Origin: Spirochaetia bacterium
GTDB taxonomy: Bacteria; Spirochaetota; Spirochaetia; SP-2023
Assembly: GCA_965225855.1 (NCBI GenBank)
Contig: CBDDCK010000001.1
Location: forward strand, 96,001 to 160,000
Reading direction: 5' to 3'
Length of the DNA stretch: 64,000 nt
Program-made: the position numbers and the translations under genes
Shown here: in pieces, positions 1-10,674 of the stretch
Numbering within the stretch: position 1 is the stretch's first letter
Layout: the number at the start of each line of letters is the position of its first letter
Notes under the pieces: model-generated
What the model saw: only the letters and a program-made list of their open reading frames with translations
Told to the model about the DNA's origin: nothing
Database searches by the model: none

Positions 1-2036
1 AAATCTGTGGTACTCCATCGCAACCCTAAATGAAAGGTATCACTGAACAGCCATGTTTGGTAATTTGCGCGCGTTCGGTCGTTGAAAGGCCGAAACACAT
101 TGTTGTCGTAATCAACATAACTTAAGTTGGTACTATAGCCATTGCTAAATGTTAAACGACTGTACTGATTTAAAATGGGGATACGCCAAATCAAACTACT
201 ATTTAAGCCTAAGCTAATATTACTGGTTTCTTTACTCATACCAAAATCTTGCAGAGCCCTAGATACGATAGTAGCACTGGCTTTGCCAAATTCATCATCG
301 TTTAAGAAAGGGTCGCGAACACCATTGCCATCTAAATCCTGCGCGATACCCTCTGTTTTGCTATGGGTAAACCCTAGAGAAGCACTAATGCCTAAATTAG
401 TACCAAACACACGGGAATTGCCAAAGCTCAATTGCACTTTTTGGAGATTGACCCCCATCTCCAAATTGGTGGCCAATGAATAACCACGCCCCAAAAAATT
501 CTGTTCCCCAAGTTGAAGTGTTCCGCTAATAGGGAAAGACCCTTTGACCGCAGAAGGGGCAATGCGCACACCCGCAGAAATATTTAATGTTTGCCCCTCG
601 GTAACATGCAAAATAATGCGTAGCAGACCAGGGGAAGAACCTTGGAGAATTTCCGGTTCTACAGATTCAAAAAATCGTGTATAGGCTAAGCTTTCAAGGC
701 CCCTTCGCAGCTCTGCACTGTTAAAAATATCGCCTGGTTGCAGCGGAATTTCGCGCAATATAACATAGTCTTTGGTAAGAGTATTTCCTTTTATTTCAAT
801 AGATTCAATACGATTGCGCACTTTGCTTTCGATAATTTGAATTTCATAGGACACTTTTTGCTGAAGAGTATCTTTTTTCTCGCGCGGGACAATTTGCGTT
901 TGGGCGTAGCCAAGGGAAATATATTTTTGCTGTAGCGCCGCAATACTGGCATTAAATACGGAAGAATTAAAAGGTTGACCCTTTTCTAAAGTAAAAAGTT
1001 GTAACAATTCATCATTATTGTACAATTCATTACCGCTAATGGTAACGCCGTCATACTGATATTGCCGACCTTCTTCAATATGGTATACCAGCTTTAAGTA
1101 TTTGGTGCTGGCAATTTTCCGCTCCATATTTTTGGAAACTTTGAGCTTCCTGCGGCTCACCCGAAATAAAATTTCTTCCACGCGGATAATGCGCATATCT
1201 AAGTAGCCTTCAGAACGATAAAAAGCTTCATAAATAGCACGGTCATCTTCAATATCGCGAGCTACGTAATCTTTTGAAAAAAAGAAAATATCTGCTTTAT
1301 AATTAATAGGTTGGCTTGCAAGACCACGGGCACTGAACAATTTGGTTTTGCTATAACTACTACCGATAAAATCGACACCGGTTATACGCAGCCGCTCACC
1401 TTCATTGATAAAAAAGGTGATAATAATCGAATTAGCCCTGCTTGGGTCGTTCTGAACAGCACTGCTAACTGTGGTATTAAGTGCGCCTTTATTGAAATAA
1501 GCAGCTTCAATTCGCCGTTCATCAGCACGGAGGATCGCCTGATCATAAAAACTTTCCCGTTCTTGCAACTGAATTGCTTCGTTGATTTTGTCACGGCTTA
1601 GTAGAGAACTGCGTCCTTCAAAAACAATGCGAGATATTCTTTTTTTCTCTTCGACTTCAATATACAGGCGCACTTCATTAGAGCCCATTTTTTGGTATTT
1701 TAATTCCACATTGGAAAAATATTCTAGATTAAAAGCATCGACAATGGTATTGCTAATAACATCAGGGCTTAATTCTTTGTTTAAATTATTTTGGCGTAAT
1801 ACTTTTATGTCTCTTTCTTGCACGTTGATAAGCCCGGAGAATACTACTTGACGAATGAGCATGCCGATAAATTCATCGGGTTCAGCAATGATTTTTCCCT
1901 CTTTTTCCTTAGGTTCCTCGTGTTGTTTTGGGGCGGCAGGTTGTTCTTGAGTTTTGTCTTGGGCTGCGATAGACCCAGGGAATATTAGCAGGAACGCAAT
2001 TAGGAAACTGTAAAAAAATTGTAAACTTACATTCAT
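1..2036 (-). CDS. bamA: Outer membrane protein assembly factor BamA (3' end runs off the window's left edge)
   Basis: Not in the ORF track because it has no stop in the window. Manual translation of the minus strand gives a signal peptide (MNVSLQFFYSFLIAFLLIFPGSIAAQ), POTRA motifs (IESIEIKGNTLTKDYVILREIPLQPGDIFN) and the barrel start EQNFLGRG. Alternative ATG at 2069; upstream in-frame stop at 2154-2156. Confidence 0.9.
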   Translation of the reverse strand, partial: MNVSLQFFYSFLIAFLLIFPGSIAAQDKTQEQPAAPKQHEEPKEKEGKIIAEPDEFIGMLIRQVVFSGLINVQERDIKVLRQNNLNKELSPDVISNTIVDAFNLEYFSNVELKYQKMGSNEVRLYIEVEEKKRISRIVFEGRSSLLSRDKINEAIQLQERESFYDQAILRADERRIEAAYFNKGALNTTVSSAVQNDPSRANSIIITFFINEGERLRITGVDFIGSSYSKTKLFSARGLASQPINYKADIFFFSKDYVARDIEDDRAIYEAFYRSEGYLDMRIIRVEEILFRVSRRKLKVSKNMERKIASTKYLKLVYHIEEGRQYQYDGVTISGNELYNNDELLQLFTLEKGQPFNSSVFNASIAALQQKYISLGYAQTQIVPREKKDTLQQKVSYEIQIIESKVRNRIESIEIKGNTLTKDYVILREIPLQPGDIFNSAELRRGLESLAYTRFFESVEPEILQGSSPGLLRIILHVTEGQTLNISAGVRIAPSAVKGSFPISGTLQLGEQNFLGRGYSLATNLEMGVNLQKVQLSFGNSRVFGTNLGISASLGFTHSKTEGIAQDLDGNGVRDPFLNDDEFGKASATIVSRALQDFGMSKETSNISLGLNSSLIWRIPILNQYSRLTFSNGYSTNLSYVDYDNNVFRPFNDRTRANYQTWLFSDTFHLGLRWSTTD

Positions 2037-2321
2037 ATCTAAAGTTGGGCTCAAGCTTATTTGGTTCATTTCACTACGCTTTGTTGCCCATGCTGCGCGA
2101 AAATGAAAAGTTGTAGTGAATTTTGTTGCTTGATTTTCGCTTGGTTCTGCCAATTATGCTTGAGGTTGTTTTGGTTTTTTGGGCTATATTCTTTAGCATT
2201 TTTTCGCATTCTTCTTCCTGCTGAATTCAATATATAATTAAGATTTGTTTGCTATATCTTTATTGAGCAAGGTGAATAGCCAAGTGAATAAAGGGAGAAT
2301 CTTAATTGTATTCTTGGCTCT

Positions 2322-5300
2322 TTACCCATCTTCATAAGCTATCCAGTCATAAAGAACATTTTTTCGGTCGCGTTTGAATGTTGCCAAACGCCTGCGGCTA
2401 AGAAATTTACTTAAAGACCATTCCAATAATAAGCTGGTATCTGTAATAAAATAGTCATTGTAGTGGGCCATGCCTATATCCCAAGTAATATCAAGTAATG
2501 GTGTGTTGAATTTTAGACCAAGGCCAGGGATAACCTGTAGACCATTGCGAGAAAATAAAACCTGTTTAGTGTCCTGGGGCTTGTACAAAAGGTCAATATT
2601 CAAAGACAATAAAATCGTATTATTGCGGTCTATGTACATACCAAAAGATAACTGGGTATTATCCAAATATTTTACCCAATTTGAAGAATCAGATGCTGTT
2701 ATATGAATATTGCTATACGACCTTCGCCCTAAGCTATAGTCCGTTATAAAATAATCGCCTAGCAAATTGCCAAGTAAATCGGTTTGAAAATTGACCTTAT
2801 CGAGTTTGAATTCTTTGCGAACAAAATCTTCGATTGGCTTGAGTACGACACTGCTGCCAAAATAGGAAAGGACTTGTGAAAATAGCTGATTTTGTTGCAA
2901 GGTTTGGTCTGCGGCCCAATTGGTACCGCCAGAGCTTAGTTGAGCTGCAACTAAGTAGCGCAATTGTTGTTCAGGCAGGGGGGGCTGCGAATACAATTTG
3001 GGGCTCCAGTTCTGTTCAGACAAATTGGCTAGGTCGCCTTGGTAGTCTATATTGATCTGAATATCTTGCCCTTGCTGATCGTAAGTATAGAGATTGAAAA
3101 ATAATTTAATGTCGGGCGAGAATTGTTCAAAAGTTTCATCAAAAATAAGCTCGCCTTTACGCAGGGTTATTTGGCTACCCAGCAAGTATAATTCGCCATC
3201 ATATAGCGTAATGCGGCCTTTGATACTATTTTGCTGGCTATTACTGTCATACAAAATTTGCAATTCATCGCTGGGGTTTAGTTGCGTATTAAAAATTGCA
3301 CTGTTTTTTTGGGGGTAGACTAAGTAAGCAGAACGCCCAACTTTGGCACGAATATTTAGGGTAAAATCGTAATTTTCATTACTTTGATTATTTGGGTCAT
3401 TTTGGCTTTCTGCTTCAATGCTGTTGTATTGCGAGCTACCTTGCATCAATAAGTGATTAAATTCGAGGTCAGTATTTAGGTTTGTTCCCTGCTCATTGCC
3501 TTCGAGAATGGCAAAGCCTTTGGTATTGGCCTCATACTTTATACCATATGCATCGTAGAAAATGGGGATTCCATTTTTACCTTCAATTTGCAAACCCAGA
3601 TAGTAGCGGTTTATTTTTAGAGTTTGGTGCCTTAGATAGGCTTCTTCATAACCATTGCCGTAGATAACGCCATCGTCGACAAAGGCAATTTGGAACGGCT
3701 TGGCCATGATGATATGGCCTTCGGCTATCAGTTCCATATTTAGCGTTGGCCAATGGCTAGGGAAATAGGGTGAGCGCAAGCGAATATTTTGCAACTGCAG
3801 TGAGCCGTCGATAGCTGGGTCAAAAATATTGCCGTACAGTTTTAAGGAACCGAAAATTCGGCCTTGTTCAAATCGTACTACGGGCTCCTTCATCACCGCA
3901 TCGCGTGGGATGAAAATATTGAGTAGCTTTGGGGCTATGGATAAGTTTTCAATTTGAGCTTCAATATTCCCCCGACTACTAGCCCCTTCGGCCCGAAATG
4001 AAATAGGGTATATGCGCCCAACATTCAGCCAGAATTTTTGGCTTTGAATGCCTATTTCTAAATCCTCGGAGCGGCGGCGGGTTAAATAGAGTTCGCCGAC
4101 TGGCGGGCCTTCAGTTTGAACTATGCGTGGTTTTACAAACATTTCAAAACCCGGAAAAATAGATTTTACATTCACTTGGTTACGCAAATTTTTGGTGATG
4201 GCAGATATGGAGCTTTGGGCCTGATTTGTTGGTTCAGATGAGTAGAGGTGCACGGGATAGCTATAAAGTTTGCCTTGCCAACATATTAGCTCGGTATCGC
4301 TAGTCGATGCTAACTGGCTAAAGGAGTTGCGCTCCAGTGATAGAGCTAGCGAGCTCTGGTAATAATTGCCTTTACCTAGCTGGATATTATAGTTGAGCAG
4401 CCCAGCTAATTTTTGCTTTGTATAATTTTGAGTACTTTGGAAACTCACAAAACTTCTTTCTAAAAATATTTGGCCCCATTTCCCTCGGATATTGGAAAAT
4501 AGCCAAAGCCCTATATCGGTTGGAATGGGAGCATCACTTCGGTTCCATAAAATTTCCGAGCCCAGTTCTAAATTGTTGCCACCGTAACTAGCGTTATCCA
4601 ATTGCCATTGGCCTTGGATATTTTGGAGATCGAACGTAAATGGTTTTAAATTTTCAGCCTCATTTTTGGCCTTAACCTTTAGGGAGTTGGAGAACAGACT
4701 TTGAATATCACCATCAATCAAGCCGTTGCCTACAGCGGAAAATTTTAACATTCCTTGTTCTAAGCTGGTATAATTTTTGCCTTGGAGCAAACTAAGTAGT
4801 CGAGTAAAACGGCTAATATCCAATTGGCCATGCCCTTGGGCATGAAATTGTTGCCCTTGTGTATGGAAATTAATGGCAAGGCTCTCTTCTGCGCTATTTT
4901 GATTTTGCACTGTGCTGCCTTGAGTTATATTTAATTGGCTTGCTTTTGTGCGGAAACCTTGCAAACTAACAGAGCCTTCCCAATAGCCAACTGAGCCAAT
5001 TGAGGTGTTTTTTTCTGCCTCCAAATCAAGATTTTCCTTCCAAGATGAAGGTAGAGGAAGGCTGGGAGGTTGTATTTTTGAGAATGAAATTTCGGTTTTA
5101 TCGTAAGGCCTTGAGGGCTGTGGCATTGTTTTGGGGTTAGAAACTTCCGTTTTAGGTTGTATTGTTTTTTGAGTAGTTAAATCAGCTGGAACACTAGAGA
5201 AAATAAGCGATGTGGCAGGCAATATGGGAGCTAAGGGACGGATAAATACCAAACTACCTTGGCCTTGAAGCTGGCGTTGCGGTTCTAACAGCGCCAGCCG

Positions 5301-8300
5301 TTGGAATTGAAATTCGCCAGGTCGCAAAAAGCCGATGAATTGTAGTTCGCCACCTTGCGAAAAATATTCTCCTGCTGGGACTTCCAAACGAAATTGCGAA
5401 ACATCAACTTGCCAATTGCTTTGTTGGGGGTAAAATCCTGCTGCTTTCAAGCTGAGTAAACTGTGCCCTGTAAATTGTTTTTCCGTGTCAAGGGTCTCGG
5501 TTGTGGTGCGAGTAAGGCCTCCATTTAATAGATTCAAGCGGGGCAGTGTCGGCAGGGGGATTTGCTGAAAAGCTACTTGATATTTTGAATAATCAAAATA
5601 CGCATAAAGCTGATAATCGCCTTCTAACAACCAAGCTTGCTGCCGTGGTTTGCTTTTTGGTGTGTCTTTTGGCTCGATGATTTTTTGCGTTTCCATAGAG
5701 CGCGTTTGCGGAAGCAAGATTTGTTTAATGTTGTAATTTACGTCATGCTCTTGTAATTTGAGCAGCCCATTGCCATTTTTCGCAAGAATATCCCAACGAA
5801 AATTATTGTCGATTTTTAAAGTATCCCAACGCAATTTAAGGTTTTCCAAATTTATCTGCTTAGAGTCGGCCATCGCTTGGAGCAAAATTTGCTGTTGGGT
5901 ATGCGCTCCTTCGACCTGCAATTCATCAAGCCAGAGTTCAAAATTTTGGCTATCATCGTTAAATAGTCGGGCATTTAGTTTAAGGAGGGAAGCATTCATA
6001 CCCGGAAAAAATAATTCTGTAAAAGAAGGCAGGTCTTCGCCGAGTAAAGTCGATAGCAAAACTGGGCCATCTTTGAACTTTTTCTTTTGGTTATCCCATT
6101 TTAGGCTATTGAGTTCTAGCATGATTTGGCTTTGCTTTTTTATAGAGGCGTTCAAAGCCAAAATAGGTTGTAAATAAAAAGGCGCTGTACTGTGCTCTCT
6201 ATCCAATATATTTTGCTGTAGGTTTTGGCTTGAATCGCTTGGATATAAAGGCGTGCCATAGTAAAAGGGCTCTGGATTATTTTTTGCATCAAGTGTACTG
6301 GCTGTACCGAAATGTTTACTTTTACTATGCCGAAGCTGGTTTTGGTTTAACGGAATATGAAGTTGGGCATTGGCATAATAATTTCCTTGGTCATAGGTTA
6401 TTAAACTGCGCAATTGGGGCTGTGCCCAAGGTGGCAGTCCCATAGATAATTGCCGTTCTGGGCTGGTTGCATTGGCTCGTTCTTTTGAAATTTTTGTTAG
6501 CAACGATTTTACATCAAGCAAGGGCAAAGTGCTATTTTCTGGTAGACCAAAGCCAATAAAGTGGCTTTGCAAAGTATCAATCAATAAGCGTTCTTGTTGA
6601 AGACGGCGCAAAAGAAAACGGCCTCTATAGCCTATTTCTGCATGTTTCCATTGAAAATTCAGTAAACCATCGGGCAGTAGCGTATGGTAGGGTAGGCTTC
6701 CACTAAACTGCGCTTCCCAGTTTTTTTGCCAAATTCGGGAATTGTGCGCTATCAAGCCATCTAAATTACCTTCACCATTAAATGCTATGGAAATTTGTGG
6801 TAGCCAGATACTCAATTGAGCTTGGTAATCCAGCGTAAATGGATTCGATTTTTTGAATAGATTGATTTGCATTTGGCTTTGGCCAGTGATTCGGGCTTTA
6901 AACAATGGGGTTTTAGCGGCCAAGCGGTTATATGTAGGGTAGCTTAAATAATGGCCCAGAGTGAAATTATTGGCCCAGAGTTTTAAATCTACGGTTTGTT
7001 GTTTCAAAAAATATGTAAGTTGCCAATTTAGCGTGCGAATTTTTGATAGAGCTTGAAATTTGAGAGCCGTAGGCTGATATTCAATTTGAAATTCCATCGG
7101 TTGGAAGCTACCATAATCACTATGAAGTTCCGGCAATTGAAAAATCAAATAAGCTTGGCTAAGGTTATAGGCTAAGCCCCCTCGTGCATGGAGCTGCCCC
7201 CAAAAAGCCAGATTTTTTGCGTGATTATTGCGATGTATATTGCCACGAAATTTCCCTTGCAGTTCAAACAGGTAGTTTCTTGGGTTCTTTTGGGAAATTT
7301 TTGTAGTATTTTGTTCTAACTCGGAATGGCTGTCAGGAAATTTTTCTTTTTTGTACCATAAAGGTTGATAGTTCCATGGTAATATCGTAACGATGCGATT
7401 CCATAAATTCTTTAACCATGGATATTTATACAGGCTGCCAGCGAAAAATAATATTTGTTCTTGCAGGGCGGGATTTTTCCAAATATTAGACGTGTCTGGC
7501 TGGAATAAAATACGAATATCTTCACCTTCAAAAAATTGTTGCCAAAAATCAAATTCTAGCTGCAAAGAATGTATTTCAATGGGAAAAACGCGTAGTAATT
7601 GTAGGAAATCTTGCCAGATAAATTCTTGATTTTCGGTGGTTGACTGGTCATCTTCTTGGAACTTTTTGGGGAAATTCTGTAGATCATTGAGCTGGCTGGT
7701 GTAAATCTTTAGGTCTACGGCCCCTAGTGAAAGTTTTGTGATGTGCTGCAGCAGGCCCAACAATTTTAAGCTAGGTTCTATTTGTTTGTTGAATATTGGG
7801 CTTAGTGGCTCTGTCAAACTTTCGTTTTGTTGTATATTGCTTTCTAGGCTTTGTTTTGTTTGTGTATTCTTGTGTATTTTTTTGGGATAGAGCTGTTGCC
7901 ACACATTATTTAACAAAGGCCATAATTCAAATCTTAGTTGCAAGTTATCTACTTGGAGATAGAGTTGAGTCAATGTTTGATAATTTTCAGGGGGCTTTTC
8001 AAGGCCGGGTTGCGCTACCGCTTTTTTGTTTTTTGGGTGGTTATGGGCGTTGATTTCTGCTATGGAACGGTGAGGCATCTGCTTTAAAAAAGCTGGCAAA
8101 AATTGCAGTTTAGATTCTCGTATATCTAGTGGCCCTTGATTGGGCACTTGGTTGGGAATATTGAGGCGAACTTGTATATCGCTTAGCTGAATTTGTTGGA
8201 GTAAATTCAACCTCAAAGAGCGAAAACGAATATGAATGTTATGTTGTTGCTCCAGCATTAAAAACACAGCTTTTAGTTCCCGCTGTATTTTGGTTTGCCA

Positions 8301-8540
8301 TTCTTGAGTTGAAATGAGTAGCCAAAAAACTAGCAGCAAGGCACTAAAACAGCTCAATGAAAAATAGAAATAAAAACACTGACGCAAAAATAAGTAGCGG
8401 CGAAAATGGCGATAGTTTCTGCGGTAATGCTTTATTAGCTTGGAGTTACGCAATAAAAATTGCATAAGCAATAAAGGGTGTTGCAAACCAATTGCCAGTA
8501 GCTTATAGGGCCTAGTGCGATGTTTGAGCCATTTCATCAT
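2322..8540 (-). CDS. tamB: TamB-like (AsmA/DUF490) translocation and assembly module protein, 2072 aa
   Basis: Very long ORF with an N-terminal TM segment and a C-terminal DUF490-like region (IKGRITLYDGELYLLGSQITLRKGELIFDE...PDI). Lies directly upstream of bamA, as in spirochetes. Confidence 0.75.
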   Translation of the reverse strand: MMKWLKHRTRPYKLLAIGLQHPLLLMQFLLRNSKLIKHYRRNYRHFRRYLFLRQCFYFYFSLSCFSALLLVFWLLISTQEWQTKIQRELKAVFLMLEQQHNIHIRFRSLRLNLLQQIQLSDIQVRLNIPNQVPNQGPLDIRESKLQFLPAFLKQMPHRSIAEINAHNHPKNKKAVAQPGLEKPPENYQTLTQLYLQVDNLQLRFELWPLLNNVWQQLYPKKIHKNTQTKQSLESNIQQNESLTEPLSPIFNKQIEPSLKLLGLLQHITKLSLGAVDLKIYTSQLNDLQNFPKKFQEDDQSTTENQEFIWQDFLQLLRVFPIEIHSLQLEFDFWQQFFEGEDIRILFQPDTSNIWKNPALQEQILFFAGSLYKYPWLKNLWNRIVTILPWNYQPLWYKKEKFPDSHSELEQNTTKISQKNPRNYLFELQGKFRGNIHRNNHAKNLAFWGQLHARGGLAYNLSQAYLIFQLPELHSDYGSFQPMEFQIEYQPTALKFQALSKIRTLNWQLTYFLKQQTVDLKLWANNFTLGHYLSYPTYNRLAAKTPLFKARITGQSQMQINLFKKSNPFTLDYQAQLSIWLPQISIAFNGEGNLDGLIAHNSRIWQKNWEAQFSGSLPYHTLLPDGLLNFQWKHAEIGYRGRFLLRRLQQERLLIDTLQSHFIGFGLPENSTLPLLDVKSLLTKISKERANATSPERQLSMGLPPWAQPQLRSLITYDQGNYYANAQLHIPLNQNQLRHSKSKHFGTASTLDAKNNPEPFYYGTPLYPSDSSQNLQQNILDREHSTAPFYLQPILALNASIKKQSQIMLELNSLKWDNQKKKFKDGPVLLSTLLGEDLPSFTELFFPGMNASLLKLNARLFNDDSQNFELWLDELQVEGAHTQQQILLQAMADSKQINLENLKLRWDTLKIDNNFRWDILAKNGNGLLKLQEHDVNYNIKQILLPQTRSMETQKIIEPKDTPKSKPRQQAWLLEGDYQLYAYFDYSKYQVAFQQIPLPTLPRLNLLNGGLTRTTTETLDTEKQFTGHSLLSLKAAGFYPQQSNWQVDVSQFRLEVPAGEYFSQGGELQFIGFLRPGEFQFQRLALLEPQRQLQGQGSLVFIRPLAPILPATSLIFSSVPADLTTQKTIQPKTEVSNPKTMPQPSRPYDKTEISFSKIQPPSLPLPSSWKENLDLEAEKNTSIGSVGYWEGSVSLQGFRTKASQLNITQGSTVQNQNSAEESLAINFHTQGQQFHAQGHGQLDISRFTRLLSLLQGKNYTSLEQGMLKFSAVGNGLIDGDIQSLFSNSLKVKAKNEAENLKPFTFDLQNIQGQWQLDNASYGGNNLELGSEILWNRSDAPIPTDIGLWLFSNIRGKWGQIFLERSFVSFQSTQNYTKQKLAGLLNYNIQLGKGNYYQSSLALSLERNSFSQLASTSDTELICWQGKLYSYPVHLYSSEPTNQAQSSISAITKNLRNQVNVKSIFPGFEMFVKPRIVQTEGPPVGELYLTRRRSEDLEIGIQSQKFWLNVGRIYPISFRAEGASSRGNIEAQIENLSIAPKLLNIFIPRDAVMKEPVVRFEQGRIFGSLKLYGNIFDPAIDGSLQLQNIRLRSPYFPSHWPTLNMELIAEGHIIMAKPFQIAFVDDGVIYGNGYEEAYLRHQTLKINRYYLGLQIEGKNGIPIFYDAYGIKYEANTKGFAILEGNEQGTNLNTDLEFNHLLMQGSSQYNSIEAESQNDPNNQSNENYDFTLNIRAKVGRSAYLVYPQKNSAIFNTQLNPSDELQILYDSNSQQNSIKGRITLYDGELYLLGSQITLRKGELIFDETFEQFSPDIKLFFNLYTYDQQGQDIQINIDYQGDLANLSEQNWSPKLYSQPPLPEQQLRYLVAAQLSSGGTNWAADQTLQQNQLFSQVLSYFGSSVVLKPIEDFVRKEFKLDKVNFQTDLLGNLLGDYFITDYSLGRRSYSNIHITASDSSNWVKYLDNTQLSFGMYIDRNNTILLSLNIDLLYKPQDTKQVLFSRNGLQVIPGLGLKFNTPLLDITWDIGMAHYNDYFITDTSLLLEWSLSKFLSRRRLATFKRDRKNVLYDWIAYEDG

Positions 8541-8546
8541 TCGCGC

Positions 8547-10136
8547 CTAAAATTCCTGTTCATTGGCAGATTCTGTTTGTGTTGGTAACTTTGTTGCCGA
8601 TTCGGATTGTTCTTTTACGGGAGCTGCTGATATTTGATTTATTTTTTGGGGAGTTTCGGTTTGATTAATTGGTGGGCTTTTTGGTATTTCTTCCAGCCTT
8701 CCTTCAAAAGTTTTTCCTGGGATTGGTATCGAAGAATTTAAGGGGGGCTGTGTTTCTGTTGTATTTTGGGGAATTAAATTTTCAGCAGGGTTTTCGATTG
8801 GCATTTTGTTGATTTGAATTTTTGAGGGAGGCGGTTCTACTGGCTGAATTTTCCGGCTGGGTGCTAAGTTGGTTGTTGATTTGGGTGCGCCCGGTATTTG
8901 GGGATTGGCAGAATTATTTTTACTAAAATGAAAACTCAATTTCCCTTTATGCAGCCATTGAGAATTAGAATTATGTGGCGAAGCAGGCTCAAAAATGAAT
9001 TGTCCAATTTTTTCCAACAGAAAGGAATTGATTTGCCAATTATAAGCTTTGAGCTGCGTCCCTGCAAAACTAACGCTGACAACTTTACCGCTGGCATCAA
9101 TTTGGAAGATAACCTCTACGGTTTGCTCTTCAATACCTTGCAACATACTTGCTGGGAATTCTAGCTTAGGCATATGGAGTAGGCTGCGCTGGCTTTGCCC
9201 CAGCCATTCCAATTTCCAGCTCAAATTCCGCCCGTTATCTAAAGGGATATTTAGTAGCTGGGCTCCCGGTGGTAAAATGGGTTCTGTTGTGCTTTTCGTT
9301 TTATTGGCAATACGATCGAGAATACTACCTTGAGTAAGGCCTTGAAGATTTGGACTATTGCTTATATTGTTTGCTAAGTTATTGACTGCTTGGTTGTTTT
9401 CATCTGGGGCTGTCTGTGTAGGCTGTATTGCAGGTTTCATGTCGTCCTCTATTTTTCGGAGCCTACGGCCTGGCAGGTAATCTAAGATGTCTATTGGATT
9501 TTCAGTGCTACTTTGCTTCTTTAGCCTACTACCAGGCAAAAATTTTAAAATATCTTGCTCATAGGTCAGGAGCTTGGGAAGGATTTTTTCTGCCGTTTGC
9601 CAATCCGAGGTGTCCACAAGATTTGTGTCCATTTCTGTTGCTTCTATTTCTTGGGTTTGCAATATTTCTGGATTCTGCTCTTCTGTTAAAGTATCAACAG
9701 ATATATCTTCTGTTTCAAATTCCGCTTTGGGCATATTATTTGGAACGGCTTCCCATTCTGCAATGGGTTTGGTCGCAAGCTTTCGGTTTAGCTCCGTTGG
9801 CTTTGATGGCCCTAACCAAAATTGTACAATAGGGTGCTTCTTTTTTGTGGTGGTGTTGCCAAAAAATACTTGCGCTGTAGCCGCTGGCTTTGTTGTTTGT
9901 TCTTCCACTGAAGCTGAAAATGGCAGAGTTTCAACCGTTTTTTGCATTTTGCTTTCCGTTTTTTTTACTTGGCTTGGTTGTGGGTGCATAAAGTTTTGTT
10001 GCGTTTTCCCAAAAAACAACCAAAGTACAATAAGGCCAATATGAACAAAGCTAACCGTAGCAAATATTTCAGAGCGCAAGATTTTCCCTTCCCAAAGTTT
10101 TGCTTTTGATGGTTTAAAATTGTGCTTGCTTCGCAC
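8547..10136 (-). CDS. TonB/TolA-like energy transducer
   Basis: N-terminal TM helix with S-x3-H motif (TVSFVHIGLIVLW), long low-complexity linker, TonB_C-like segment (PKLEFPASM...TVEVIFQIDASGKVVSV...F.FEP), Pro-rich tail. Follows exbB/exbD. Confidence 0.65.
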   Translation of the reverse strand: MRSKHNFKPSKAKLWEGKILRSEIFATVSFVHIGLIVLWLFFGKTQQNFMHPQPSQVKKTESKMQKTVETLPFSASVEEQTTKPAATAQVFFGNTTTKKKHPIVQFWLGPSKPTELNRKLATKPIAEWEAVPNNMPKAEFETEDISVDTLTEEQNPEILQTQEIEATEMDTNLVDTSDWQTAEKILPKLLTYEQDILKFLPGSRLKKQSSTENPIDILDYLPGRRLRKIEDDMKPAIQPTQTAPDENNQAVNNLANNISNSPNLQGLTQGSILDRIANKTKSTTEPILPPGAQLLNIPLDNGRNLSWKLEWLGQSQRSLLHMPKLEFPASMLQGIEEQTVEVIFQIDASGKVVSVSFAGTQLKAYNWQINSFLLEKIGQFIFEPASPHNSNSQWLHKGKLSFHFSKNNSANPQIPGAPKSTTNLAPSRKIQPVEPPPSKIQINKMPIENPAENLIPQNTTETQPPLNSSIPIPGKTFEGRLEEIPKSPPINQTETPQKINQISAAPVKEQSESATKLPTQTESANEQEF

Positions 10137-10674
10137 TCACATCGAGATCGAGAGGTAGGCCCCAAGGATAGAGTATATTGCAAATGGCAATCACCCGCCC
10201 ATAATCCAATTTTCGGTCAGCACGTAATCGTATGCGACTAACTTGCGAAAAAATTTGTTGTGAATTTTGCAGGTGTTCTAATTGTCGTTGCAAAGCTTGA
10301 AAAACAGTCTCTACTGAAATAGTTCCCCCCGAGTTTGATTGCGAATTGGCATTATGGTTCAATTTTGTGATAGAGCCTATTGCACTGCGCCATTCTTGGA
10401 TAATACTTAAACCGTTTTGCAGTTGGATACGGTAATCCAGATCGGGGCGAACGACCAGCACTAAAATATTATCGTTTTGCTCTGCGGGAGCATTTGAGGA
10501 ATTATTTGGGGGAGCCGCCGGCATAGAAGGGGGGCTAACTTCCAGACTGCGCTGGGTTGGACTATTATTAACCATAAAAAATATTAATACCAGAAACATT
10601 ATATCTATTAGGGGGGTTAACATGGGCCCTCGATCGAGTAAGTTGTTTAAAAGGCTTCGTTTACGTATAGCCAT
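10114..10674 (-). CDS. exbD: ExbD/TolR family biopolymer transport protein
   Basis: LTPLIDIMFLVLIFFMV TM motif with the conserved Asp; C-terminal LRADRKLDYGRVI. Confidence 0.85.
   Translation of the reverse strand: MAIRKRSLLNNLLDRGPMLTPLIDIMFLVLIFFMVNNSPTQRSLEVSPPSMPAAPPNNSSNAPAEQNDNILVLVVRPDLDYRIQLQNGLSIIQEWRSAIGSITKLNHNANSQSNSGGTISVETVFQALQRQLEHLQNSQQIFSQVSRIRLRADRKLDYGRVIAICNILYPWGLPLDLDVSAKQAQF

Noticed and set aside
175..1851. Short ORFs listed over the first 2 kb, and similar short antisense ORFs throughout the window
   Set aside because: They are shadow frames of bamA and other long, well-supported genes.
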